Assembly (NCBI RefSeq): GCF_009914755.1
Contig: NC_060927.1
Source of the DNA: the human T2T-CHM13v2.0 reference genome, Homo sapiens
DNA: 64,000 nt
Strand: one strand, 5' to 3'
The first letter of the stretch is position 1. The number at the start of each line of letters is the position of its first letter. The position numbers were made by a program, and so were the translations under genes. The notes under the pieces are model-generated. The model was not told where the DNA came from. It worked only from the letters and a program-made list of their open reading frames with translations, and ran no database searches. This document shows, in pieces, positions 11,995-26,228 of this stretch.

Positions 11995-12945
11995 TATTTT
12001 TGGAATCAAGCGTACATTGTGTGTGAGACATCAGGTAAAGTGCTAATACTATAAAGAAACATAAATGCCAGAGATGTAATCCTAAGTATAGTTTCCTGCA
12101 GAATTTTTTTCTTTATGTACCTTTGAGTTGTATCTGTATTCCTTTTAGCAGAGTAACTGCATCTGAACAACTACATCCACAAGCTCTCTGGCCATATCTA
12201 TATGCACAATCTATTCAAAAGTATTTCATCAACTTTTATCTCCATTGTAAAATTACGCAGATATTTGGATCATCCCAAGAAGTAAAGGTCTCTACATGTG
12301 AGTACAGACTGATCCCTTAATTTGTTCCTTCTTGGCTGCCAATGCCACTGGCAGAGGAACCTCTAACACTATTTTCTAAGGGACAAGGCCCAAGTGAAAT
12401 TCTGATCTACCAGGACTTGCTAATTATTAAAGTAAAGCTGAAACACCACACACAGAAAGAGTTGCTTTATAAGAGCGGTAAGAATAGGTCCAGGCCATAC
12501 AACACTGATTTCCACACACACACCTCTATTGTTTTGTGTTATTTTGTTTCCTTTAACTAAGCTAACTTTTAAAGGGTTATGTCTACAGCAGCCTAGCAGA
12601 CACACAACTGTGTCTGTTAACAATGAATTAGATTTTCTGGTTGCAGAAAAGTTACAAGATCTGGGCCTCTTTGGGGTGAAAACAGAGAGCTAAATGTGAA
12701 TAAATGCTGCAGTAGAGATGATGGCCAAAAAGAATGAAGACTACACAATTAGGATATTCAGAGACTGTTAATGTGAATCACACACTCTCTCTACAAGATC
12801 TTGATTTCAATAATTGTCAAATTAATTTCATAAGTACAGTAAAACCTCATTAATTTGGATGCTCTCAACTTAAAATTTGTATAAGTAATATAATAGAACT
12901 CCGCTGGTTTATCTTTCTATAGTGGGCACAAAAATGACAGGTATA

Positions 12946-13236
12946 GGCCAGATGCCGTGGTTCACGCCTGTAATCCCAGCACTTTGGGAGGCTGAGGCAG
13001 GCGGATCACTTGAGGTCAGGAGTTTGAGATGAGCCTGGCCAGTATGGTGAAACCTCGTCTCTACTAAAAATAGAAAAATTAGCCTAGCGTGGTGGTGCAC
13101 GCCTGTAATCCCAGCTACTCAAGAGGCTGAGGCAGGAGAATCACTTGAACAGCAGGTAGAGATTGCAGTGAGCCAAAATCGCACCACTGCACTCCAGCCC
13201 GGGCAACAAAATAAACCACCTCTTTAAAAAGAAACA
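12946..13236 (+). mobile_element. AluS
   Basis: GGATCACTTGAGGTCAGGAG; GCAGGAGAATCACTTGAAC. Confidence 0.95.
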
Positions 13237-13292
13237 ATTTTAAAACACCCTCATGTGCTTTAAAATTCTTGGTTTCATTAAATAATAATTTG

Positions 13293-13648
<356 letters not shown>

Positions 13649-13786
13649 TCAGGTGAGGGGCTAGTATTATAAAAAAACATAGATCAAAGGTCTGTCTTTA
13701 GTGAGCTTAGAGGCCAGTGGGTGAAACGGGTCAGGTACATGGAAATGTGACTCTCAATACCAGGTAACTCAAAAACTATGGAATGA

Positions 13787-14093
13787 GGCTGGGTGTGGTG
13801 GCTCATGCCTGTAATCCCAACACTTTGGGAGGCTGAAGCAGGAGGACTGCTTGAGGCCAGGAGTTGGAGACCAGCCTGGGCAACCTAATGAGACTTTGCC
13901 TCTACTAAAAATTTAAAAATTAGCTAGGCCTGGTGGTGCACACCTGTAGTCCCAGCTACTAAGGAGGCTGAGGAGGGAGGATCGCTTGAGCCCAGGAGAT
14001 CAAGGTTGCAAGAGCTATGACTGCGTTGCTGCACTCCAGCCTGGACAACAGAGTGAGATCTTATCTCAACAACAACAACAACAACAACAAAAA
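13787..14093 (+). mobile_element. AluJ with (CAA)n tail
   Basis: Dimer; TSD AAAAACTATGGAAT / AAAAAGTATGGAAT. Confidence 0.95.
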
Positions 14094-14440
14094 GTATGGA
14101 ATATGAAGGCTACAGATAATTTGTTCTGTTCATTAGAGCGGAGCTTCTAAAGTATGATGTGGTCATTGCTCTATAGAGAATTATTGTAAATACTTAATTT
14201 TTTTTATCTTTTTATTTTAAGTGCCATAATGCAGATTTTCCTCTTCATTGAAGCACTTACACTTAACCTTTAGTTGTTGAATGCCTACTTCGAGTAAGAG
14301 ATTGTGCTAGGTATTGAAAGGAACATGCTGAGAAAGATGCTGTTTCTGATCTCAACGACTTTTCTCAAACGAGTATTGCCCACGCTAAATGAAGTTAGGA
14401 AGGGGAAAGTCTAAGTAGCCTGCTATGAGAGCACAGGGAC

Positions 14441-14830
14441 TGTGTATTACATTAGCTTCCACCAGAAGCCAACCATGAGACAAGAATGCATGCACAAGTT
14501 GTTTATTTGGGAGGTGATCACAGACAGCACCAAAAGGGGAGTCAGGAAGTTAGACTAGCCGATAGCAAAAGGTATATTATGGAACAGATTCCTGCTGTGA
14601 GCAACTGGGGCTCAATGTTGCTGGGGAGCTCTGGGGACAGAACAGAAGATGCCTTCGTTAGCCTGAGGGGCAAGGACACTCAGGTATTTATCTTCCAGTT
14701 TGCTTCCTCCATTGGTTAAAGGCTACTCCTGAGGAATGAAAACTTCTGGCACTTGTGAGCTGCCCTGGTACCAGGTGCAAGAGGAATGTCCTCAGGCAAC
14801 TGCTCACAGCTGGAAACCTAACTATGTTCC
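14441..14830 (-). mobile_element. LTR16-like (ERVL) solo LTR
   Basis: CCAGAAGCCAACCATGAGACAAGAATG...GTTTATTTGGGAGGTGATCACAG...GCAACTGGGGCTCAATG...CATTGGTTAAAGGCT. Confidence 0.8.
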
Positions 14831-14839
14831 TGGAGATGA

Positions 14840-15720
14840 TGTGCCTGGGGGAAAGGGCAGGATGCTCATTGTATCTCCCATGCAAGGGGGAAATATGATT
14901 CCAGATTTGATTATGAAAGAAGGCTGCTGGCAGAAGTGGTATTTTTAGTAGGGCCACACAAAGATGGAGGTAGTGATGGAGGAATGACAAACTCGGCTGT
15001 AGTAACTACAAGACTAAAAGCAAAGAGATGGAGAAGGGTGCATAGTCATCACTAAAAGCAAATATCCCTGCATAAACAGAGTTTAGGGTTCACAAACGAG
15101 GAGGAATAGAGGGAAATATGGCCAAAAGACAAACAGTAATCAGAAAGAGGCCTCTTTACATGTCCTGTCGAGCAACTTTAAACTCTATCCCGTAGGGTCT
15201 CTATCCTGTAGTCAAGGAGACTAAATATGTTTGATTACTGGAGTGACATGATTAAATTTTTATTTTAGCAAAATTACTCTAGAAATTTTGGCACAATGTT
15301 TCAGATGGCTTGGAGGAAGGGACAGGAGACTATCATTAGAGCCAAGGTGAGACATAATCAGTGATGGTACAAGGGCATTAACAGTGAGAACAGAGAAAGG
15401 AAATAGGTGGAAGACACTCTGAGAGATGCTCCCGGGACTGCACACCAGAAAGGAAGATGGAGAAGAAGAGGAGGGTCTCAGAAATGAAGCCCATGACTCA
15501 CTGGATTGATGTTGTCTTAAACTGAGGTAATATATTATAGCAGGAAGAAGAGAATTTGTGGTTGGGGTTTGGATCTGTTGAATGCAAGGCGGACTATTAA
15601 TCTGGAGAAGTCTGGCAGGTAAGGTGTATCCAGAGAGCCAGAGCCAGAGGTATACATTTGGGATGCATCCAAACAAACTGACCAAGGAAAAGGATAAAAT
15701 GAGACAGCTTCAGTTTGGTA
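14840..15720 (-). mobile_element. L2 fragment (continues 14230-14440)
   Basis: TTTTAGCAAAATTACTCTAG, CAGTGATGGTACAAGGGCATTAAC, GGATCTGTTGAATGCAAGG, TACATTTGGGATGCATC. Confidence 0.65.
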
Positions 15721-15840
15721 TTCCCCCATTATTAATTCCGAATTAATAATGTTTTTCCATAAATATAACTTGGAACAATCATTTCAGGATACTCACTAAT
15801 TGGGATATAGAATTTCCTTTTCTAATTTTTGTTTTAAGGA

Positions 15841-17185
15841 GGAGGGCTGGCAAGATGGCCAAATAGGAACAGTTCCGGTCTGCAGCTCCCAGCAAGATCA
15901 ACACAGAAGGCAGGTGATTTCTGCATTTCCAACTGAGGAACCAGGCTCATCTCACTGGGACTGGTTAGACAGCGAGTGCAGCCCACAGAGGGTGAGCAGA
16001 AGAAGGGTGGGGCGTTGCCTCACCCAGGAAGCACAAGGGGTCAAGGAACTCCCTCCCCTAGCCAAGGGAAGCCGTGAGGGACTGCACCATGAGGAATGGT
16101 GCATTCCGGCCCAGATACTATGCTTTTCCCATGGTCTTTGCAACTCGCAGACCAGGAGATTCCCTCGGGAGCCTACACCACCAATGCCCTGGGTTTCAAG
16201 CACAAAACTGGGCAGCTGTTTGGGCAGACACCGAGCTAGCTGCAAGAGTTTTTTTTTTCATATCCCAGTGGCACCTGGAACACCAGTGAGACAGAACTGT
16301 TCACTCCTCTGGAAAGGGGGCTGAAGCCAGTGAGCCAACTGGTCTAGCTCAGTGGATCCCACTCCCACGGAGCCCAGCAAGCTAAGATCCACTGGCTTGA
16401 AATTCTTGCTGCCAGCACAGCAGTCTGAAGTCGACCTGGGACACTCCAGCTTGGTGGGGGGGCAGGGCGTCCACCATTACTGAGGCTTGAGTAGGCGGTT
16501 TTCCCCTCACAGTGTAAACAAAGCCACCAGGAAGCTCGAACTGGGTGGAGCCCACTGCAGCTCGGCAAAGCCGTTGTAGCCGGACTGCCTCTCTAGATTC
16601 CTCCTCTCTGGGAAAGGCATCTCTGAAAGAAAGGCAGCAGCCCCAGTCAGGGGCTTATAGATAAAACTCCCATCTCCCTGGGACAGAGCACCTGGGGAAA
16701 GGTGCAGCTGTAGGCGCAGCTTCAGCAGACTTAAACGTTCCTGCCTGCCAGCTCTGAAGAAGGCAGCGGGTCTCCTAGCACAGCCTTCAAGCTCTGCTAA
16801 GGGACAGACTGCCTCCTCAAGTGGGTCCCTGACCCCCATGTCTCCAGACTGCGAGACACCTCTCAGCAAGAGTCAACAGACACTTCATACAGAAGCGCTC
16901 TGGCTGGCATCTGGCAGGTGCCCCTCTGGGATGGAGCTTCCAGAGGAAGGGACAGGCAGCAATCTTTGCTGTTCTGCAGCCTTTGCTGGTGATACCCAGG
17001 CAAACAGGGTCTGGAGTGGACCTCCAGCAAACTCCAGTAGACCTGCAGCAGAGGGGCCTGACTGTTAGAAGGAAAACTAACAAACTGAAAAGAATAGCAT
17101 CAGCATCAACAAAAAGGATGTCCACCCAGAAACTGCACTCAAAGGTCACAAACATCAAAGAACAAAAGTAGATAAATCCAAGAAG
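15841..17185 (+). promoter_or_regulatory. L1 5' UTR (internal sense promoter; possible antisense promoter)
   Basis: YY1-type CAAGATGGC at 15851-15859; most CpGs have decayed to TG/CA; activity unknown. Confidence 0.6.
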
Positions 17186-18206
17186 ATGAGGAAAAACCAG
17201 CACAAAAAGGTTTAACATTCCAAAAACCAGAAAGCCTCTTCTCCAAAGGATCACAACTCCTCATCAGCAAGGGAACAAAACTGGACAGAGAATGAGTTTG
17301 ACAAATTGACAGAAGTAGGCTTCAGAAGGTGGGTAAGAACAAACTCCTCTGAGCTAAAGGAGCATATTCTAATGCAATGCAAGGAAGCTAAGAACCTTGA
17401 AAAAAGGTTAGAGGAATTGCTAACTAGAATAACCAGTGTAGAGAAGAGCATAAATGACCTGATGGAGCTGAAAAACACAGCACAAGAACTTCGTGAAGCA
17501 TACACAAGTATCAATAACTGAATCGATCAAGCAGAAGAAAGGATATCAGAGACTGAAGATCAACATAATGAAATAAAGCATGAAGAGAAGATTAGAAAAG
17601 AAAAATGAAAAGGAACAAACAAAGCCTCCCAGAAATGTGGTACTATGTGAAAAGACCAAACCTACATTTGATTGGTGTACCTGAAAGTGATGGGGAGAAT
17701 GGAACCAAGTTGGAAAACACTCTGCAGGATATTATCCAGGAGAAATTCCCCAACCTAGCAAGACAGGCCAACATTCAAATTCAGGAAATACAGAGAACAC
17801 CACAAAGATACTCCTCGAGAAGAGCAACCCCAAGACACATAATTGTCAGATTCACTAAGGTTGAAGTGAAGGAAAAAATGTTAAGGGCAGCCAGAGAGAA
17901 AGGTGGGGTTACCCACAAAGGGAAGCCCATCAGACTAACAGCAGATCTCTCTGCAGAAACCCTACAAGCCAGAAGAGAGTGGGGGCCAATATTCAACAGT
18001 CTTAAATAAAAGAATTTCAACCCAGAATTTCATATCCAGCCAAACTAAGCTTCATTAGCAAAAGAGAAATAAAATCCTTTACAGACAAGCAAATGCTGAG
18101 AGATTTTGTCACCACTAGGCCTGCCTTACAAGAGCTCCTGAGGGAAGCACTAAACATGGAAAGGAACAACCGGTACCAGCCACTGCAAAAACATATCAAT
18201 TTGTAA
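17186..18206 (+). pseudogene. L1 ORF1p remnant (coiled coil/RRM), disrupted
   Basis: Track fragments 17306-17521 (KNLEKRLEELLTRITSVEK) and 17605-18009 (RPNLHLIGVPE...IIVRFTKVE); in-frame stops and frameshifts. Confidence 0.95.
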
Positions 18207-18269
18207 AGACCATTGACACTATGAAGGAACTGTATCAACTAACAGGGAAAATAACCAGCTAGCATCATA

Positions 18270-21200
18270 ATGACTGGATCAATTTCACACATAACAATAT
18301 TAACTTTAAATGTAAATGGGCTAAATGCCCCAATTAAAAAGACACAGACTGGCAAATTGGATAAAGAGTCAAGACCCATTGGTGTGCTATATTCAGAAGA
18401 CCCATCTCATATGCAAAGACACACATAGGCTCAAAATAAAGGGATGGAGAAAGATCTACCAAGCAAATGAAAAGCAAAAAAAAAAGCAGGGGTTGCAATC
18501 CTAGTCTCTGATAAAATAGACTTTGAACCAACAAAACTCAAAAAAGACAAGAAGGGCATTACATAATGGTAAAGGAATCAATGCAACAAGAAGACCTAAC
18601 TACCCTAAATATATATGCACCCAATACAGGAGTGCTCAGATTCATAAAGCAAGTTCTTAGAGACCTACAAAGAGACTTAGACTCTCACACAATAATACTG
18701 GGAGACTTTAACACCCCACTGTCAATATTAGAGAAATCAATGAGACAGAAAATTAACAAGAATATCCAGGACTTGAACTCAGCTCTGGACCAAGCAGACC
18801 TAATAGACATGTACAGAACTCTCCATCCCAAATCAACAGAATATACATTTTTCTCAGCACCACATCACACTTATTCTAAAATTGACCACATAATTGGAAG
18901 TAAAACACTCCTCAGCAAATGCAAAAGAACAGAAATCATAACAAACAGTCTCTCAGATCACACTGCAATCAAATTAGAACTCAGGATTAAGAAACTCATT
19001 CAAAACTGCACAACTATATGGAAACTGAACAACCTGCTCCTGAATGACTACTAGGTAAATAATAAAATAAAGGCAGAAATGAATAAGTTCTTCAAAACCA
19101 ATGAGAACAAAGACACAACATGCCAGAATCTCTGGGACACAGCTAAAGCAGTGTTTAGAGGGAAATTTATAGCACTAAATGCCCACAGGAGAAAGCAGGA
19201 AAGATCTAAATTCAACAACCTAACATCACAATTAAAAGAACTAGAGAGGCAAGAGCAAACAAATTCAAAAGCTAGCAGAAGACAAGAAATAACTAAGATC
19301 AGAGCAGAACTGAAGGGGATAGAGACACGAAAAACCTTTCAAAAAAAAATCAATGAATCCAGGAGCTGGTTTTTTTGAAAAGATTAACAAAATAGATAGA
19401 CCACTAGCCAGACTAATGAAGAAAAGAGAGAAGAATCAAATAGAAACAAACAAAAAAAATGATAAAGGGGATATCACCACTGATCCCACAGAAATGCAAA
19501 CCACCATCAGAGAATACTATAAACACCTCTACACAAATAAACTAGGCAATCCAGAAGAAATGAATAAATTCCTGGACATATACACCCTCCCAAGACTAAA
19601 CCAGGAAGAAGTCAAATCCCTGAATAGACCAATAATAAGTTCTGAAATTGAAGCAGTAATTAGCCTACTGGCCAAAAAAAGCCCAGGACCAGACGGATTC
19701 ACAGCCAAATTCTACCAGAGGTACAAAGTGGAGCTGGTATCATTCCTTCTGAAACTATTCCAAACAGAAAAAGAGGGACTCCTCCCTAACTCATTTTATG
19801 AGGCCAGCATCATCCTAATGCCAAAACCTAGCACAGACACAACAAAAAAAAGAAAATTTCAGGCCAATATCCCTGATGAATATCGATGCACAAATCCTCA
19901 ATAAAATACTGGCAAACCGAATCCAGCAGCACATCAAAAAGCTTATCCACCACAATCAAGTCGGCTTCATCCCTGGGATGCAAGGCTGGTTCAACATACG
20001 CAAATCAGTAAATGCAATCCATCACATAAACAGAACCAATGACAAAAACCACATAATTATCTCAATAGATGCAGAAAAGGCCTTCGATAAAATCCAACAC
20101 CCCTTCATCCTAAAAACTCTCAATAAATTAGGTATTGATAGAATGTATCTCAAAATAAGAGCTACTTATGACAAACCTACAGCCAATATCATACTGAATG
20201 GACAAAAGCTGGAAGCATTCCCTTTGAAAACTGGCACAAGACAAGGATGCTCTCTCTCACCACTCCTATTCAACGTAGTATCAGAAGTTCTGGCCGATGC
20301 AATCAGGCAAGAGAAAGAAATAAAGGGTATTCAAATAGGAAGAGAGGAAGTCAAATTGTCTCTGTTTGCAGATGTCATGACTGTATATTTAGAAAACCCC
20401 ACTGTCTCAGCCCAAAATCTCCTTAAGCTGATAAGCAACTTCAGCAAAGTCTCAGGATACAAAGTCAATGTGCAAAAATCACAAGCATTCCTATACACCA
20501 ATAATAGACAAACAGGGAGCCAAATCATGAGTGGACTCCCATTCACAATTGCTACAAAGAGAATAAAATACCTAGGAATACGACTTACAAGGGATGTGAA
20601 GGACCTCTTCAAGGAGAATTACAAAGCACTGCTCAAGGAAATAAGAGAGGACACAAACAAATGAAAAAACATTCCATGCTCATGGATAAGAAAAATCAAT
20701 ATCATGAAAATAGCCATACTGCCCAAGGTAATTTATAGATTTAATGTTATCCCATCAAGCTACCACTGACTTTCTTCACAGAATTGGAAAAAATGATTTT
20801 AAACTTCACATGGACTCCCAAAAACAGACCGTATAACCAAGACAATCCTAAGTAAAAAGAACAAAGCTGGAGGCATTACGCTACCTGACTTCAAACTATA
20901 CTACAAGGCTACAGTAACCAAAACAGCATGGTACTGGTACCAAAACAGATATATAGACAAATGGAACAGAATAGAGGCCTCAGAAATAACACCACACATC
21001 TACAGCCATCTGATCTTCGACAAACCTGACAAAAACAAGCAATGGGGAAAGGATTCCCTGTTTAATAAATGGTGCTGGGAAAACTGGCTAGCCATATATA
21101 GAAAGCTGAAACTTTCCTTACACCATATACAAAAATTAACTCAAGATGGATTAAAGACTTAAATGTAACACCTAACACCATAAAAACCCTAGAAGAAAAC

Positions 21201-22091
21201 CTAGGCAATATCATTCAGGACATAGGCATGGGCAAAGACTTCATGACTAAAACACCAAAAGCAATGGCAACAAAAGTCAAAATGGACAAATGGGATTGAA
21301 TTAAACTAAAAATCTTCTGCACAGCAACAGAAACTATCATCAGAGTGAACAGGCAACCTACAGAATGAGAGAAAATCTTTGCAATCTATCCATCTGACAA
21401 AGGGCTAATATCCAGAATCTACAAAGAACTTAAACAAATTTACAAGAAACAAACAAATAGCCCCATCAAAAAGTGGGCAAAGGATATGAACAGATACTTC
21501 TCAAAAGAAGACATTTATGCAGCCAAAAGATACATGAAAAAATGCTCGTCATCACTGGCCATCAGAGAAATGCAAATCAAAACCACAATGAGATACTATC
21601 TCATACCAGTTAGAATGGCAATCATTAAAAAGTCAGGAAACCACAGATGCTGGAGAGGATGTGGAGAAATAGGAATGCTTTTACACTGTTGGTGGGAGTG
21701 TAAATTAGTTCAACTATTGCGGAAGACAGTGTGGCGTTTCCTCAAGGATCTAGAACTAGAAATACCATTTGACCCAGCCATCCCATTACTGGGTATATAA
21801 CCAAAGGATTATAAATCATGCTACTATAAAGATACATGCACACGTATGTTTATTGCGGTACTATTCACAATAGCAAAGACTTGGAACCAACCCAAATGTC
21901 CATCAATGATAGACTGGATTAAGAAAATGTGGCACACATACACCATGGAATACTACTATGCAGCCATAAAAAGGGATGAGTTCATGTTCTTTGCAGGGAC
22001 ATGGATGAAGCTGGAAACCATCATTCTCAGCAAACTATCACAAGGACAGAAAACCAAACACCACATTTCCTCACTCATAGGTGGATGTTGA
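18270..22091 (+). pseudogene. L1 ORF2p remnant (APE endonuclease, RT, Cys-rich domain), disrupted
   Basis: EN motifs NIYAPN, GDFN, SDH; RT motifs DAEKAFD and QGCSLS, with FADD mutated to FADV; C-terminal [15 protein letters not shown]; multiple frameshifts and stops. Confidence 0.97.
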
Positions 22092-22322
22092 ACAACAAGA
22101 ACACATGGACACAGGGCAGGGAACGTCACACACTGGGCTGGGGGAGGGATAGCATTAGGAGAAATACCAAATGTGAATGACGAGTTGATGGATGCAGCAA
22201 ACCAACATGGCACATGTAGACCTACGTAACAAACCTGCACATTGTGCACATGTACCCTAGAACTTAAAGTATACATATTAAAAAAAAGAACATTAGGTCA
22301 ATGGAGAACAATATTTCTCCTA

Positions 22323-22362
22323 TATCATCATCATAATCATCACCATTATCATCACCACCATT
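22323..22362. repeat. Imperfect (CAT/CAC)n repeat
   Basis: TATCATCATCATAATCATCACCATTATCATCACCACCATT. Confidence 0.85.
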
Positions 22363-23742
22363 GATAAAGGCCAGGCTAAAAGACATGGCTTAGATGAGGA
22401 GCAACAATGGGCATTGTAATGCTAAACCCTACAATTGAACAAATTTATCCACCAAGTCATATGCAAAAGAAGACAACTACAGACCTCTCCAGGTGAGAAT
22501 TCACCTTGTGAAACAACTTCAGGCATGGAAAAGCTGACCAGAATTCATACACCCAGCAATTTATTCTCAAGAGTAAAAGAGAAGGGATAGAGCCATGAAT
22601 GTTCAGTTCCACATCCCATACTCACCAACAAATTATTTAACTCACTTATACATATGGATGCCCCATATCCTGAAAACTGAATTTAAATAAATTTCTTCCT
22701 TCTTTGTCACGACCCTCCTCCACCACCTATAAAGTCATAGTCCAAGGACTTAAGGAGAGTTGGAAAATAGAATATAGAGTTAGAGAAGTCTTCAGAGATC
22801 ACTCAGCCTGCCTCATCAGTGCAGGAAGGTGAAGTGACTTGTCCAAGGTCACACAGTTAATTAGTGGAAAATCTTAGGCTAGTATCCCTTAGTTCATAGA
22901 GATCTTGGAAAATATGCTGTTACTTGATTCCATAATTTTTTACACCACTCAGAGGTGCCTTTGAGAAGAAACATCAGCCAGATGGTGATAACTTTTTCAA
23001 AGAATCTCTAACCCAGAGAGGGAACTTAATGAAGCAGCAGTCTTTCACATGGCCCTTATTTATCCTAATCTGAGCAATGTCTTCTGAGGCCACTAGCTGT
23101 GTTCCTTCTCCTACTCTGGAAAGTCCATGTCTTTCTACCCAGAAAATGACAAAAGACTGACTCTGTCCATTGCTTCTGGGGAACCACCTCCCAACTAGAA
23201 CAGGACTTGACACATAGCAGGCACTCAAGAGATGGTGAGTGATGAATGAATAAACAGGTTTTCCTCTCATTCAGAGGGGGTATGAGATGAAAAAAGTCAG
23301 TGCTATTCCAGTTAAGGCAATAAAGAAACACAATCAAGAAATGCATCAATTTACTAAACCCTGCCAAAAATATTTTCTAAACATTTTGGCCTGAAAAGAA
23401 TCCAATTATTAACAATTATCATTCGAATTGACTTAAGTGGAAAGAATGGAAAGGAAAACCCAGAGTAAAGAAACAGTGGGAGACAGATGCAAGTAAAAAA
23501 ATTAAAAAGTATTACGGAACCACAATATTTATGAGGGACAGTCCTAAGAATCCCATGATTTCCCAGATTGATAAGGGAACAGTGAGCACTAAACCAAGTT
23601 CACTCCTGAGTAAAATGCCTCACTTCTGAATACCAGCCCCAGAGCATTTAAGATTTGTATTATGCCAGGAACTTTATGTATCCTATTCTATTTTAACCTT
23701 ACAATCATCTACCATGAGGTATGCATCACAGACTCCATCATA

Positions 23743-24164
23743 TGAGGACATTATGCTAAATGAAATAAGTCAGACATAGAAAGAAAAATATTGCATGATC
23801 TCACTTATATGTGGAATCTAAAAAAAATAATAATATATAGAGAGAATAAAACAGAGGTTACTGGCAGAGGAAATGGGGCAATGTAGGTCAGAGTATACAA
23901 AGTAGCAGATATGTAGGATGAACAGGTCCAGACATCTAGTGTACAATATGAGGACTACAATTAATAAAATTATACTGTATTTGGGATTTCTGCTAAGTTA
24001 GTATATTTTAGCTGCTCTTACCACAAAAATGTAAGTAACTATGTGAGATGATGAATATATTAATATTAGTTGGCTTCATTACAGTAACCATTTTACTATG
24101 TATCGGTATCCCATGACATCATGCTGTACACCTTAAATATACACAATACAATTTATTTAAAATA
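23743..24164 (+). mobile_element. L1MA7-like 5'-truncated 3' end with 16-bp TSD, inserted in a MIR
   Basis: GTAGCAGATATGTAGGATGAAC...TTTTAGCTGCTCTTACCAC...GTAACTATGTGAGATGATG; TSD ACAGACTCCATCATAT (23728) / ACAAACTCCACCATAT (24165). Confidence 0.9.
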
Positions 24165-24525
24165 ACAAACTCCACCATATACTATACATGTTAGGAACCT
24201 TCACAAATGTTAAATTGCTAGATACCAAACTTGTGCTATATAAATGTTTAAGTTTACTTCCTTCTCTCTCTCTCCTTTGGCTAAAAATTTTCCTCTTGCT
24301 CATTCACATGTAAATCCATTGATTTAAAAGTATTTATTAAGTAATAGATGGGAAAATAGATTAGTATATATGAGCAATGAACAATTTGTAATAAAATTAA
24401 GAATACAATGCTATTCAAAATAGCATCACAAGGAATAAAATACTAAGGAATAAATTTGACAAAAGAAATGCAAGATTTATACACTGAAAATTACAAAACT
24501 TTGAGGAAGCTAAAGAAGATATAAA

Positions 24526-24822
<297 letters not shown>

Positions 24823-26088
24823 CTAAATAAATGGAGAAACATTCCATATTTATGGAATGGGAGATTCAGTATTGTTAATATGACAATTCTCCCCAGCCTG
24901 ATCTATACATTGCATGCAAATTTCAGTATGCATTTTTGAAGATATCATCAAGCACAGCCAAACATTTATGTGGAAATGCAAAATACCTAGCACAGCTGAA
25001 ACAATTTTGAAAAAGAACAAGGTTGAAGGACTTTCACATCTTCATGTAGAAACTTATTATAAAGTCACAGTTGTAAAGACAGTAGGACTAGGATCAAGAT
25101 AAACATATACATCTGGAACAGAATTGAGAATCCAGAAATAAATCTCTATATTTTAAGTCAATTGAGTTTTGGCAAAGGTGTCAAGGCAATTCACTGGGCA
25201 AAAGATTACATTTAACAAATGGTGCTGGGACCAGATGCAAACCAGATGCAAAAAAGATGAACTTAGATCCTCACCTCACACCATATACAAAAATTATTAT
25301 GGATTATAGATTTAAATGTAAGAGCTAAAAATACAACTTTTAGAATAAAATATAGGAGAAAATCTTCAAGACCTTGGATTAGGCAAATATTTCTTAGATA
25401 TGACACTAAAAGCACAGTCATTACAAGAAAAAAATTGAAAAATTAGACCTCATCAAAATTTAAAACGTTTGCACTTCAAAATACATCATAACAAAAATAA
25501 ACAGACAAGCAACAGACTGGGGGGAAATGTTTGCAAAACTCATGTCAAAATAAAGGACTTGTAACTAGAAGATATGAAGAATACTTACAACTCAATAAGA
25601 CAAAAAACCGAATCAAACCATGGGCAAAAGACATGAACAGAGATATATGAATAGCTAATAAGCATATGAAAAGATGCTCAACATCATTACTCATTAGGCT
25701 AATACAAATGAAAACCACAGTGAGACACCATATCACATTCACTAGAATGGCTAGCAGACAGACAGTAATAAATGTTGGTGAGCAGGTGGAGAAAAAGGAA
25801 CTCTCAACCATTGCTAGCGAGAATATAAATTATATAGCCACTTTAAAAAATGATTTGCCAGTTTCTCAAAAAGTTAAACATAAAACTACCATACAACCAA
25901 GCGATTCTACTTCTAGGTATCTACCCAAGATAAATGAGAACATATGTTCACATGAAAACTTTCACCAGAGTGTTTATGCCAGCATATATTAAAGACAACC
26001 CAAATGTCCATCAATTGGTGAATGTATAGACAAACTGTGGCATATCATTACAATGGAATATTATTTAGCAAAAAAAGGGAACAGACTA

Positions 26089-26228
26089 AGCTAGGTGCAG
26101 TGGAGTACCTGTAATTTCAGCTACTCAGGAGGCTGAGGTGGGAGCACTGCTTGAGACTGGGAGTTCAAGACCAGCCTGGGCAAAAGAGCAAAACCCTGTC
26201 TCAAAAAAAAACAAAGCAAAACAAAAAA
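26089..26228 (+). mobile_element. FLAM_A-like Alu monomer
   Basis: Single arm with CAGCTACTCAGGAGG and GAGTTCAAGACCAGCCTGGGCA, then A-rich tail. Confidence 0.85.

Larger units (their letters stand above)
15841..22290 (+). mobile_element. Full-length decayed L1 (L1PA7-like 5' UTR/ORFs, L1PA6-like 3' UTR)
   Basis: GGCTGGCAAGATGGCCAAATAGGAACAG 5' end, ~1.35 kb 5' UTR, ORF1 and ORF2 remnants, 3' UTR ending TACCCTAGAACTTAAAGTATA plus short A tract. Confidence 0.97.

Noticed and set aside
12597-12616. Small hairpins (8-bp stem here; 10-bp at 32690-32726; 7-bp at 57650-57664)
   Set aside because: Stems this short are expected by chance in 64 kb.
15800-17254. ORFs of 97-174 aa on both strands, including a possible ORF0
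   Set aside because: They lie in the GC-richer L1 5' UTR, many have non-ATG starts, and I could not verify an intact ORF0.
17186-22091. Active L1 or domesticated reverse transcriptase
   Set aside because: Both ORFs carry several stops and frameshifts, and the RT catalytic motif reads FADV.
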